From Patescibacteria group bacterium (GTDB lineage Bacteria; Patescibacteriota; Microgenomatia; UBA1400; PJMF01), in the NCBI GenBank assembly GCA_052035325.1, contig JBPOHR010000006.1:3083-67082 (forward strand): a DNA stretch of 64,000 bases, read 5' to 3'. The position numbers were made by a program, and so were the translations under genes. The notes below the pieces were generated by a model. It was not told the origin of the DNA. It worked only from the letters and a program-made list of their open reading frames with translations, and did not search any database. Shown here piece by piece: positions 39,194 to 47,647 of the stretch (positions are counted from its first letter, which is position 1; the number at the start of each line of letters is the position of its first letter).

Positions 39194-39964
39194 TCATTGT
39201 GGTTTGTTGAGTAGCCTGAATGACTCGTAAAATTTTTTAAAAGTAAAGGTCTTAGGAACACCGCTGGTGTTTTGTCTTTCAGCATCTGATATTGCTCCAT
39301 TACTAATCACAAAGATTGTAGGCCCAGATACAATCATTACATCTTCTGATCTCCAGCTAGGGATGGAAGGAGTGGTAGTAGTAATGAGTAGCCCTTGAGT
39401 TCCATTTACAGTAATTGGTTTTTCTTCTTGTTGCCTATCCGAGAACTGAAAACCAATTTCTGCTTTAAGGTTTTCTTCAGTTTTATTTAGGATTGAATAA
39501 TAACTGACACCTAAGAGCACATCTTCTCCTACTTCCTGTGGTCCAAAACCTGTAAACGTTTGTTCTTCGATGAATCGCCATCCTTTGGGATAATCAATAG
39601 AGAACTGTAGTGGCGTATTGGTAAAAGTCGATGTTTGGTCTACTGCAACGGCCCCTTCAGGCATTGAGCCAGAACTTATGACGGTGTCTGAGGGCATTTC
39701 TTTGGCATCAAGTTGTTCATTTTCAATTGAAGGTTTCCTATCTGCTTCTAAAACTGTCAAGCGATTTTGCAACTGATAGTTCTGATAGCCAAAATAGACA
39801 ACCCCAGCGCATAAGAACACAACCACGACTATCAATGACAGAATAAGTGGTGAAATTGTTGATGCAGCAGGCGATTTTGGTATGTTTATTGATGAAGTCT
39901 GGACTGCTGAAGGTTGATTCTCTGTAGCAAGGACTGACGGGATTTGACCAACTATTTCATCCAT
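39194..39964 (-). CDS. Single-pass membrane protein with a PsbP-like extracellular domain
   Basis: TM helix, FSIDYPKGW, ITVNGTQG, ESFRL terminus (inference). Confidence 0.6.
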   Translation of the reverse strand: MDEIVGQIPSVLATENQPSAVQTSSINIPKSPAASTISPLILSLIVVVVFLCAGVVYFGYQNYQLQNRLTVLEADRKPSIENEQLDAKEMPSDTVISSGSMPEGAVAVDQTSTFTNTPLQFSIDYPKGWRFIEEQTFTGFGPQEVGEDVLLGVSYYSILNKTEENLKAEIGFQFSDRQQEEKPITVNGTQGLLITTTTPSIPSWRSEDVMIVSGPTIFVISNGAISDAERQNTSGVPKTFTFKKFYESFRLLNKPQ

Positions 39965-40170
39965 GGCTTAACTATAAAGAGATAATCGTGGCAAGTCAAT
40001 TAATTGCAAGTTTTTATAGACTAACTTTATTGATTTTTCAATTGATTACATTTTTGAGCGGTTAACCGTACTTCGCTCGAACCTACGAAAATGGGTTACT
40101 CCAGATCTAATTTTACAACTTAATTCTCTAAAGAGCCATATAAGTATCGAAAGCTTTGCAAATCTCTGAG

Positions 40171-40479
40171 TTATGATTTATTCCAAACAAGCCACTTCTC
40201 TTCAACTTCTTTTTCTAAATCAATTTTATGATGCTTAGCTAGAAGCAAAACATGAGAAAAAACGTCTGCCACTTCTTTCCGAAAATCTTGAGCTAATTCT
40301 TTGTCAGATTTGTCTTTCTTTCTGGCTTGACCAATCATCATTAGATAACTTTGTATCAATTCACCTAGCTCCTCTTGGAGTTTAAGAATAAACCAATCAG
40401 AGTCCCTCTTTATTCCAAATTTATTGGTATAAAGCACAGAAATTTTCTCTACTTCGTTAGTTATCGTTTTAATATCCAT
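40171..40479 (-). CDS. MazG-like nucleotide pyrophosphohydrolase
   Basis: LKLQEELGEL...EVADVF (EXXE...EXXD). Confidence 0.85.
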   Translation of the reverse strand: MDIKTITNEVEKISVLYTNKFGIKRDSDWFILKLQEELGELIQSYLMMIGQARKKDKSDKELAQDFRKEVADVFSHVLLLAKHHKIDLEKEVEEKWLVWNKS

Positions 40480-40524
40480 TTATGTAATTTTCTAACAACT
40501 TTATGTACATTTCTGTCATTTATG

Positions 40525-40596
40525 AGCGGGTGAAGGGAGTCGGACCCTCGTCACCAGTTTGGAAAACTGGAGCTCTGACCGTTGAGCTACACCCGC
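40525..40596 (-). tRNA. tRNA-Gly (TCC), with C at position 55
   Basis: GCGGGTG/CACCCGC acceptor with U73, anticodon arm CCAGT-TTTCCAA-ACTGG, T-arm GAGGG-TCCGACT-CCCTT. Confidence 0.92.
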
Positions 40597-40653
40597 ATGC
40601 TCGATGCCGGTCTCACCATGAAGTGATCGCTGCTGCGATCAACATGGTTCGCC

Positions 40654-40767
40654 GTCATCTGCGCTTGCATTTTGTTAATAACTTCGCAAAATCTCTCTTC
40701 GCAGTATGGTTGTACTAACAGCTGTTAGTTGTCATCTGCGCTTGCATCTTGTTAATAACTTTGCGAA
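40654..40767. repeat. Two direct repeats of about 37 bp, 77 bp apart, inside a structured non-coding region
   Basis: GTCATCTGCGCTTGCATyTTGTTAATAACTT at 40654 and 40731 (30 of 31 identical). Confidence 0.85.
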
Positions 40768-40867
40768 GAGACTCTTGATCTCCCCCAAGTCTAAGCGAAG
40801 ACTTTTAAAAAAGCTGTTGATCGGCCGTAGGACGATCTCTTCAGTTTTTTTAAATGTCTGAGCCCTA

Positions 40868-42061
40868 TTATATATCCGCTTTCTTATGTATGGGAATGTA
40901 CATTTTCTGGCTAAGAAGTAAGGCCAACCCAAAAATCACCGCCGCAGCCACAAACGTCGCCGACAAAGATATTCGCGAAATAACCGCTCCAGCAATCAGT
41001 GGACCAACCACCTGCCCGAGTGACGTATATGACTGATTGATTCCCAAAATCGCGCCCTGGTCTTCTGCCAATGTGCGCTCAGATAGTAATCCAGTGGTAA
41101 TCGCAAAAATAGGTGAAGCAAACATCCCATACAACAGTGTCACCGGCACGAATGTCAACCAACTATGTTGCCACGAAGCCACTGCCAGTGCCACAGCCGA
41201 CAAGATCAACAGTAGTGAAATCAGCGTTTTCTTAGAAGGAATTAACTTCATCAGTGCTTTAATTCCACCCATCTGCACCAAGATATTTACCACCCCAAAG
41301 AGTGTAAAAGTCAAGCCAATTTGGAACGGCGACATCTTCAATGCATCGTTGGTAAACGACTGAAAACCAATAATAAAGGTGTTTTGCGCAACTGATACCA
41401 AAAAGCCAATTCCGATTATCACTCCCGTGGTCGGCAACAATAACGCCTTCAACATAAACGACAAATCGAAACCTTTTTTGGCGGTTTTTTGCTTTGCTTC
41501 TCTGACCACTTCTTTTGGCAAGGTTTCTTTTAGCATGAAAATACCCAGTATCGTTCCTACGGCCGCCATAACTGCCGCAAACCAGAAGGGTACTGTTGTC
41601 CCTAGTTCACTCAACAACCCACCCACAGCTGGCCCAATCAAGAAACCCACCCCAAACGTGGCTCCTAGCAACCCAAACGCTTTCGCCCGCTCCTTGCCAC
41701 TGGTCGTATCGGCAATCATGGCTTGTGCCACCGAGATATTACCTCCTGTGACCCCATCAATGGTCCGTGCCAAAAAGAGCATCACCACACTTGTTGCCGA
41801 AGCAAACATTGCCAAAGATGCCGCTGTACCGGCTAGACACAACAAGAGTAGTGATTTTCGACCAAATCGATCAGACAATCTACCGATGATCGGCGTCGCA
41901 ATCAGCTGTGCCAAGGAATAGCTGGCAAATAAGAAACCGACACCCACTCCATCTAAACCAAAACTGGTCGAGTATTTATAGAGTAGGGGAATGATCGTGC
42001 CATATGCCAAAGCATTGACGACCATAATAAAAGACAGAATCAGGAGAGTGCGGTTCTTCAT
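40868..42061 (-). CDS. MFS transporter (TetA/DHA1-like)
   Basis: GRLSDRFGRK, ARTIDGVTGGNISVAQA, GFLIGPAVGG, about 12 TMs. Confidence 0.93.
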   Translation of the reverse strand: MKNRTLLILSFIMVVNALAYGTIIPLLYKYSTSFGLDGVGVGFLFASYSLAQLIATPIIGRLSDRFGRKSLLLLCLAGTAASLAMFASATSVVMLFLARTIDGVTGGNISVAQAMIADTTSGKERAKAFGLLGATFGVGFLIGPAVGGLLSELGTTVPFWFAAVMAAVGTILGIFMLKETLPKEVVREAKQKTAKKGFDLSFMLKALLLPTTGVIIGIGFLVSVAQNTFIIGFQSFTNDALKMSPFQIGLTFTLFGVVNILVQMGGIKALMKLIPSKKTLISLLLILSAVALAVASWQHSWLTFVPVTLLYGMFASPIFAITTGLLSERTLAEDQGAILGINQSYTSLGQVVGPLIAGAVISRISLSATFVAAAVIFGLALLLSQKMYIPIHKKADI

Positions 42062-42159
42062 ACAGGCAGTACCAATGAAAATGGGTAGGCGCTTATTGTA
42101 CAAAAAATCACAAAGGCTGACTACTGGAAAACACGGTATAATAGCTAGTTAACAACAAA

Positions 42160-42243
42160 GCCTCGGTGGCGGAATTGGTATACGCGTTGGACTTAAAATC
42201 CAATGCCTTCACTGGCTTGTGGGTTCGAGTCCCACCCGAGGCA
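42160..42243 (+). tRNA. tRNA-Leu (TAA)
   Basis: GCCTCGG/CCGAGGC acceptor with A73, TTGGA-CTTAAAA-TCCAA, long variable arm, GGTTCGAGTCC. TATAAT upstream. Confidence 0.96.
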
Positions 42244-42288
42244 CAAATACAGTACAATAGCAACGTAGCCAAGAATAAGAAGCCACAT

Positions 42289-42365
42289 CGGGGAATAGCT
42301 CAGATGGCTAGAGCGCACGCTTTGGGAGCGTGAGGCCGCAGGTTCGAGTCCTGTTTCCCCGACCA
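42289..42365 (+). tRNA. tRNA-Pro (TGG)
   Basis: CGGGGAA/TTCCCCG acceptor followed by ACCA, CACGC-TTTGGGA-GCGTG. Confidence 0.96.
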
Positions 42366-42367
42366 AT

Positions 42368-42395
42368 AAAAATCCTGCCCTCTGGCAGGTTTTTT
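42368..42395 (+). terminator. Intrinsic terminator after the tRNA-Leu/Pro pair
   Basis: CCTGCC-CTCT-GGCAGG followed by TTTTTT. Confidence 0.8.
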
Positions 42396-42546
42396 GTTGG
42401 TAGGGGAGGCATTGGAATCAAATCTTTGGTTCGTTCTATGCGTACAAATAGTTATTCCTTAATTTGAGCAGTTTGGTCTTCGTATGGTTTCCGTACCAAT
42501 TCCTTATTCTAGAGAATAGTGTATTGGAGTATATTCGGAGGTATTT

Positions 42547-43995
42547 ATGATACTTAAATTAAGTGACCACTTCGGAGTAGACAGCGATAAGTTTGAAAAT
42601 CTTGGTGTTTTTGATGCTTTTGTTGATATAGATACAACACTTTTTGTAGATCCTCACCTGTTAAAACAAACTGAGATACCAGAATTCAAAGATTCCCATT
42701 TGAAACTGGAAAAGTACTTTTCTGATGTAATTAGGTTACTTCTGTTATCCAATGAAATGTTTGACTTACCTTGGCAAGTGGCTTGGAAACGATTGATTTT
42801 GAGAGAACTAAAAGGTGTTTCCATTGGTTTAGGCAAATCCACTGGAGATGGAAGTGGTATTGGTAAAAAACTTGCAAAAAAATTAACTGTACATGCAAAA
42901 AAACTAATAGATCTTGGTGTACAGGATCCGGAAATTTTTGAACTCATTGGACTCTTTACTGAAGATTTTGGACCAGATCGCTTAAGTGATATGACGGTGA
43001 TGATAATCCGTGAGGATTTGTATAAATATACTGCTCGAGTAGCTTCTGAACTGAATATCCCCACAGTTAGTATAAAAATTAAAGAACAAGAATATCAGAT
43101 ACCAAGGCATCCGCGCGGCAATAAACCCGTGGTTTTTCTACCAAAGGAACTCTTGAGAACCATCCCTGTAGCAAAAAATCCAGAGGACATTGATTCGATT
43201 GTTCATTTCAATGAAGAGCTTCGGATCAGATATAACTCAATCGTTGCCAAGCTAGCAAAAGATCTAGCAACGATGCGTGCCACCAAGCGGAAAGAATTCA
43301 TTTATCAAGAATTCTTCGCAGATCCTGAAAACATAAAAATTTTCGTGAAAGGATATCGCGACTATCAAGCAAAACCATATGATTTTGATTCCGATCCTCA
43401 AGGTCAGATGAGCTGGGACACTGCTGGAAAGCAGTTTTCTCATACATATCCGCTGGAGCTGAAACTATCTAAAGAGCCAACAATCGAAGATATTGAAGAA
43501 ACTGTGACCAAAATCATTGCACAGTTTAGAAAAAATATTGAATTCAATGGTCTTAACATCTTTCTCTATAAAGATGGAAGCAAAGGAACTCGACCTTACC
43601 ATGAAAGATATAGCCAACTGTTGTTTTATTCTATTGCTGATGCATATTGTGAGGCCAATAATATTGACCTTAACAGAGAGCCAAACCCTGGAATTGGATC
43701 AATAGATTTTAAGTTTAGCAGAGGATACTTACTCAAATTCATCGTTGAGATAAAACTCTCCAAACACAAACATCTCTTGGACGGATACACATTTCAACTT
43801 GATAGATATCAAAAGAGTGAAAATAATAGCAGAGGCGCATATCTGGTGATTCAAGTAGCAAATTCCGACAAGCTTAGAGAACTAAAACAGCTCGAAAAAA
43901 AAGCTATTGAGACAAATTCGCTTGCACCAAAAATACATCTCGTTGATGGAAGAATAAAGCCCACAGCGAGTAAGTTTTTTGCTGATTTCCCTTAA
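42547..43995 (+). CDS. Hypothetical protein with a C-terminal PD-(D/E)XK restriction-endonuclease-like motif
   Basis: REPNPGIGSIDFKFSRG...VEIKLS...QLDRY. AT-rich, SD GGAGGT. Confidence 0.65.
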   Translation: MILKLSDHFGVDSDKFENLGVFDAFVDIDTTLFVDPHLLKQTEIPEFKDSHLKLEKYFSDVIRLLLLSNEMFDLPWQVAWKRLILRELKGVSIGLGKSTGDGSGIGKKLAKKLTVHAKKLIDLGVQDPEIFELIGLFTEDFGPDRLSDMTVMIIREDLYKYTARVASELNIPTVSIKIKEQEYQIPRHPRGNKPVVFLPKELLRTIPVAKNPEDIDSIVHFNEELRIRYNSIVAKLAKDLATMRATKRKEFIYQEFFADPENIKIFVKGYRDYQAKPYDFDSDPQGQMSWDTAGKQFSHTYPLELKLSKEPTIEDIEETVTKIIAQFRKNIEFNGLNIFLYKDGSKGTRPYHERYSQLLFYSIADAYCEANNIDLNREPNPGIGSIDFKFSRGYLLKFIVEIKLSKHKHLLDGYTFQLDRYQKSENNSRGAYLVIQVANSDKLRELKQLEKKAIETNSLAPKIHLVDGRIKPTASKFFADFP

Positions 43996-44093
43996 GAATA
44001 GCTTCAACCGCTTACACCAGAAATAACCCATATATTATATGAATATATTTATTCATCAATGAAAAAACAATCATTACTTCAGATTAATTTTCG

Positions 44094-45065
44094 CTAAACT
44101 GGAGCTGTTGTATCCAAGCTTAGTATTTCTAAATTCTTATAACTGATTACAAGGTTTTGCTGAGTAGGCGGATTGTGAGCGAATGCGTGCAAAACAACCC
44201 CTCCCGTGCTATCTGTTTGAATTTTATTATCCTCAAGTTCAGCGCTATCAGTCAAAGCTTTTAAAGAATTTTCCTCAATTACCAGTTCGAGAAGCTTAAA
44301 ACCATCTGCCATTTCAGCTTGTTTATTAATTATTGTCTTGCCTACTTCTGGAGCGCGTCTACCCGGAAAAGAGACAGATTCTAATTTTGAATTACTTCTC
44401 ACATAGACAAGTTCTGATCTAACGATGTCCGGTAACTGAGCTCTTAAGTGAATTCCCAACCAATCATGTGAGTTCGAATCACTTAAAAACTTGTACTCTA
44501 TGCGTAAACGTAAATTTTTTAAATTTTTTGGTACAGGAAAAGGAAGAAGTTGATTATGTCTTAATTCACCAGCAGCAGGAAAATTGAAATAGAAACCATC
44601 GAAATATTTTACAAATGTTTGCGACTTAATTTTACTAAAAATATTGAGTTCTTCTTCAATAATCTTGATCAAGGCTTCCTTTGATTTGTAATGACTTACT
44701 CGGAACCCGCTAATATCAAAGGGTAACTTTTTTAATTCATCACTTGTGACAATGAGAACATTTTTATTTAACTGTATAGCTACTCCTAATTCCAACATCA
44801 CATTTGGGTTCGTTCCAGTCACATCAGCAATAAAAAAGTCACATTTCTCGATAGCAGATACAAAAACATCATAAAGATGTTTGTTTCTAGACATAAACTT
44901 TTCAACTTCCGACTCAACTTTGTCTTTTAAAGTCACATTTGAACCATGCCTAATATCCCAGGACTCAAATAACCTATGAAAAATATCCTCATACATGCTT
45001 TGAATATAAATATTCCAGGGATATGCAACGAACAGTGATTTTTTTCGATTAAGGTCTAAATTCAT
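44094..45065 (-). CDS. Nucleoside 2-deoxyribosyltransferase/TIR-like N-domain fused to a beta-rich C-domain
   Basis: FVAYP...IEKCDFFIADVTGTNPNVMLELGVA...LPFDI. AT-rich. Confidence 0.7.
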   Translation of the reverse strand: MNLDLNRKKSLFVAYPWNIYIQSMYEDIFHRLFESWDIRHGSNVTLKDKVESEVEKFMSRNKHLYDVFVSAIEKCDFFIADVTGTNPNVMLELGVAIQLNKNVLIVTSDELKKLPFDISGFRVSHYKSKEALIKIIEEELNIFSKIKSQTFVKYFDGFYFNFPAAGELRHNQLLPFPVPKNLKNLRLRIEYKFLSDSNSHDWLGIHLRAQLPDIVRSELVYVRSNSKLESVSFPGRRAPEVGKTIINKQAEMADGFKLLELVIEENSLKALTDSAELEDNKIQTDSTGGVVLHAFAHNPPTQQNLVISYKNLEILSLDTTAPV

Positions 45066-45154
45066 ATTAATGGCATAATAACAGAGTGTGTTTTTTTCAA
45101 CTACACAGAAAAACAAAATCTATAGATTACCTGATCTGAAATTCGGTTATTATT

Positions 45155-45577
45155 TTGGTCAGGTGCCTCAACCAATACATTGTGCTGACACCTGAAGAAT
45201 TTACAGTCCGTTTCGCTAGAACCCAACAGGAAAGAGAATCTCGTTCTAACTGCTTTGGTACTGCCAAATATTTGTTGGGAGCTGCTGACAAAGATAGATA
45301 TAATTCTTTTGAAGAATTTAGCGTGTTCCTAGAAATGTTGTGCTTCCCTTCGTTTCAAATCACCATTAGCACACTGCTCACAGTCCTAAGTGAGAATAAT
45401 ACTAGTTTTCCATACGGTACTATTTTCTGTTTACTAAGTTATACGTATAGTACTAACTACCCTCCTCTAATTCTGCATGCCATGATTGTTGCGCCTGGCA
45501 CATCTCCGATACTTGTTCATCGTCGAGGTTATCATGAAAAAAACTTAACAATTACCGATGCCAATGATGCTTTCTAA
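45155..45577 (+). CDS. Possible hypothetical protein
   Basis: 140-aa ORF filling the gap; weak start codon; contains an NCFG motif and a downstream His. Confidence 0.35.
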   Translation: MVRCLNQYIVLTPEEFTVRFARTQQERESRSNCFGTAKYLLGAADKDRYNSFEEFSVFLEMLCFPSFQITISTLLTVLSENNTSFPYGTIFCLLSYTYSTNYPPLILHAMIVAPGTSPILVHRRGYHEKNLTITDANDAF

Positions 45578-45643
45578 CTATGAACAACAGCAAAAGTTGC
45601 AAGTCTATACGATACAATAATCAGATATAGATTGAGCAACATA

Positions 45644-45946
45644 ATGACAACTTCCACCCGCCTCATCACCTTCAAAGAATCCATTGCCCTCGGCAAGTAC
45701 GACGCGGAATACCTCAGCCAATACCCAGAATGGCAAGAACTCGACCGCCATCTGCAGTTCCAATACATTTCTCAAGCCATCATCAATAAACGTCGCCAAC
45801 TACGACTCCAGTGGGCGAATCTTGCCAATCAACCCCACTTTAGCAAAAAGCCAGAGTTGGCTGCTGCTCAAAAAAAAGTCGAACAAGCACTGATTGATCT
45901 CGATGTTGATGAAGAAAAATATATGGTAGAGTATGCTGGAGTTTAG
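45644..45946 (+). CDS. Hypothetical protein
   Basis: 100-aa helical ORF with plausible amino-acid composition. Confidence 0.65.
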   Translation: MTTSTRLITFKESIALGKYDAEYLSQYPEWQELDRHLQFQYISQAIINKRRQLRLQWANLANQPHFSKKPELAAAQKKVEQALIDLDVDEEKYMVEYAGV

Positions 45947-45969
45947 TTAGTACCTACACTCATCACCAC

Positions 45970-46698
45970 ATGCCAACTCCCACCCACATCTTCTTCGACG
46001 CTAGTGCCACACTTATTTATCCCTTTCCAAACTTTGATGAGTTTTGTGTACAGTTTTTGGAAGAAAAAAACGTACCAGTGAACCGTAATGCCATGACTAA
46101 AGCTAATCAGGCTGCGGATCATGTGATTAACCAACATAAGAAAAAAGTGTCAATTATTCCCAACAATCCTGTCTCGGAACGAATTGTATGGTCTCATTAC
46201 CAAAGTGTTCGCTTACAACATTTAGCGGCAGACACGGCTGAACACCCTTGGTTGGAATGGGGTTATGAAGTGTACGATTCTTTCAACCCATCTGATAAAT
46301 GGCGAGCTTACGATGATGTTATCGAAACTCTCACCACTCTAAAAGAACAAGGATATTCATTAGCAATCGTCTCAGATTTTGGTCCAGGTCTGGAGAAAAT
46401 ACTAGAATTAATTGGAATCGCAGATTATTTTGATCATAAATTTGTTTCAACAGTGGAAGGTGTTTCCAAAGCTCATTCTCAATTGTTTGAACGGGCGCTG
46501 CAACGACTGGGAATTGACCCCGAGAACAGTATTATGATTGGAGACAATCATGAAATGGATGTGCTCAATGCATTGAATGTGGGTATCCCGGCTATATGGT
46601 TAAATCGTGATAACAAACCTCTCCCCACAGAGTTTGATGAAAAAAGCAAGGTAATCACTACCCTTTCTCAAATTCCCAATCTTCTCAAAACACGGTAG
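45970..46698 (+). CDS. HAD-superfamily hydrolase
   Basis: FFDASATL (motif I variant), AIVSD, SK, MIGDNHEMDV...GI. Confidence 0.85.
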   Translation: MPTPTHIFFDASATLIYPFPNFDEFCVQFLEEKNVPVNRNAMTKANQAADHVINQHKKKVSIIPNNPVSERIVWSHYQSVRLQHLAADTAEHPWLEWGYEVYDSFNPSDKWRAYDDVIETLTTLKEQGYSLAIVSDFGPGLEKILELIGIADYFDHKFVSTVEGVSKAHSQLFERALQRLGIDPENSIMIGDNHEMDVLNALNVGIPAIWLNRDNKPLPTEFDEKSKVITTLSQIPNLLKTR

Positions 46699-46710
46699 AA
46701 TCGTACTCCA

Positions 46711-47139
46711 ATGTCCAAAAAACTTTCCCTCCTTCTCATTATGGTTTTTGCTGCTGTGAGCATGACAGCTTGCAGTGCGCTCAAAACTGGCACTACCACT
46801 ACTGCATCACCACTCCCAACGCCAGCTGCACAAACTGCAACCACACCTACTCCCGCCGCAATGCTCAAGACCTCGTACGAACTCACTGCCACCCAGAGTG
46901 GAGAAGTAGCACTCGATATTCTCGAAGCCAATGCCAAAGTTGAGACCAAAGACTATGGTGAAGCTGGTAAGTTTGTAACTGCCATCAATGGCTTAGCTGG
47001 TGACAATACTGCCTACTGGGCGTTCTACGTAAACGGAACCTACGCAGAAAAAGGGGCTAGCCAAACAAAACTGAAAAAAGGTGATACTATCAAGTTCGTC
47101 TATGAAGCTGTCAACGCCGCCGATGCCCTCTCTAAGTAA
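46711..47139 (+). CDS. DUF4430 (transcobalamin beta-domain-like) lipoprotein
   Basis: Lipobox MTAC, Thr/Pro linker, YG...FVTAING...YWAFYVNG...GA...LKKGDTI. Confidence 0.85.
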   Translation: MSKKLSLLLIMVFAAVSMTACSALKTGTTTTASPLPTPAAQTATTPTPAAMLKTSYELTATQSGEVALDILEANAKVETKDYGEAGKFVTAINGLAGDNTAYWAFYVNGTYAEKGASQTKLKKGDTIKFVYEAVNAADALSK

Positions 47140-47647
47140 GCACTTTACTCGATTTTTTACTGCGCTTACGGTATTTATCTCACGACTCGATCTCTTGCCT
47201 GGCAATATTAGTCCTTTAGGCAGTTTTGGATTTTTCGGTAAGAGCCCCATCCTATATGGCTTGAGTATTGTGGCGTTTGATGTCCTGGTAAAAGGTAGCT
47301 ATCGGGGTTTTTGGCTGACCTATCTCGGCTTTGCGTGTTACCCCATACTTGGTTATCTAGCGCGTCGCAGCACCAAACTCCAACTAGCACTGCTACCCCT
47401 CGCCTCATTCTTGTTCTTTGTACTTTCAAATTTTGGCGTGTGGTTCTATTGGCATGATCACACCTTTGCCCAACTGGTCATTTGTTACACCCAAGCTGTG
47501 CCTTTTTACGCTCGGACTTTGGCAAGTGATATGCTATTTGGATATGGATATGTGGCAGCACGACAAATCTGGCGCAAGCACCACGCTACTATATGCCAAA
47601 TCCTCAATGTACCAACTTTAGCACCGACCAAATCTACCAATTCCTAA
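47123..47647 (+). CDS. DUF6580-like putative transporter (ECF S-component-like)
   Basis: RLDLLPGNISPLG, SFLFFVLSNFGVW, CYTQAVPFYARTLASD. Confidence 0.75.
   Translation: MPSLSKHFTRFFTALTVFISRLDLLPGNISPLGSFGFFGKSPILYGLSIVAFDVLVKGSYRGFWLTYLGFACYPILGYLARRSTKLQLALLPLASFLFFVLSNFGVWFYWHDHTFAQLVICYTQAVPFYARTLASDMLFGYGYVAARQIWRKHHATICQILNVPTLAPTKSTNS

Noticed and set aside
40055-40086. attR-like duplicate of the tRNA-Gly 3' end (GAGCGG...TCGAACC)
   Set aside because: The match is short and gapped, and no integrase is present.
40654-40767. Mini CRISPR array (two ~37-nt repeats, ~40-nt spacer)
   Set aside because: Only two imperfect copies, the spacer is itself palindromic and pairs with the repeat flank, and there are no cas genes in the window.
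40503-40932. ORFs 40503..40718 and 40732..40932 as proteins
   Set aside because: They overlap tRNA-Gly or the MFS 3' end; the region is better explained as structured non-coding sequence.
42366-45600. Intact integrative element or prophage at tRNA-Pro
   Set aside because: No integrase, transposase or phage genes, and no direct-repeat att copy was found by eye.
46699-46710. Cobalamin riboswitch upstream of DUF4430
   Set aside because: Only 12 bp are intergenic and no B12-box is visible.
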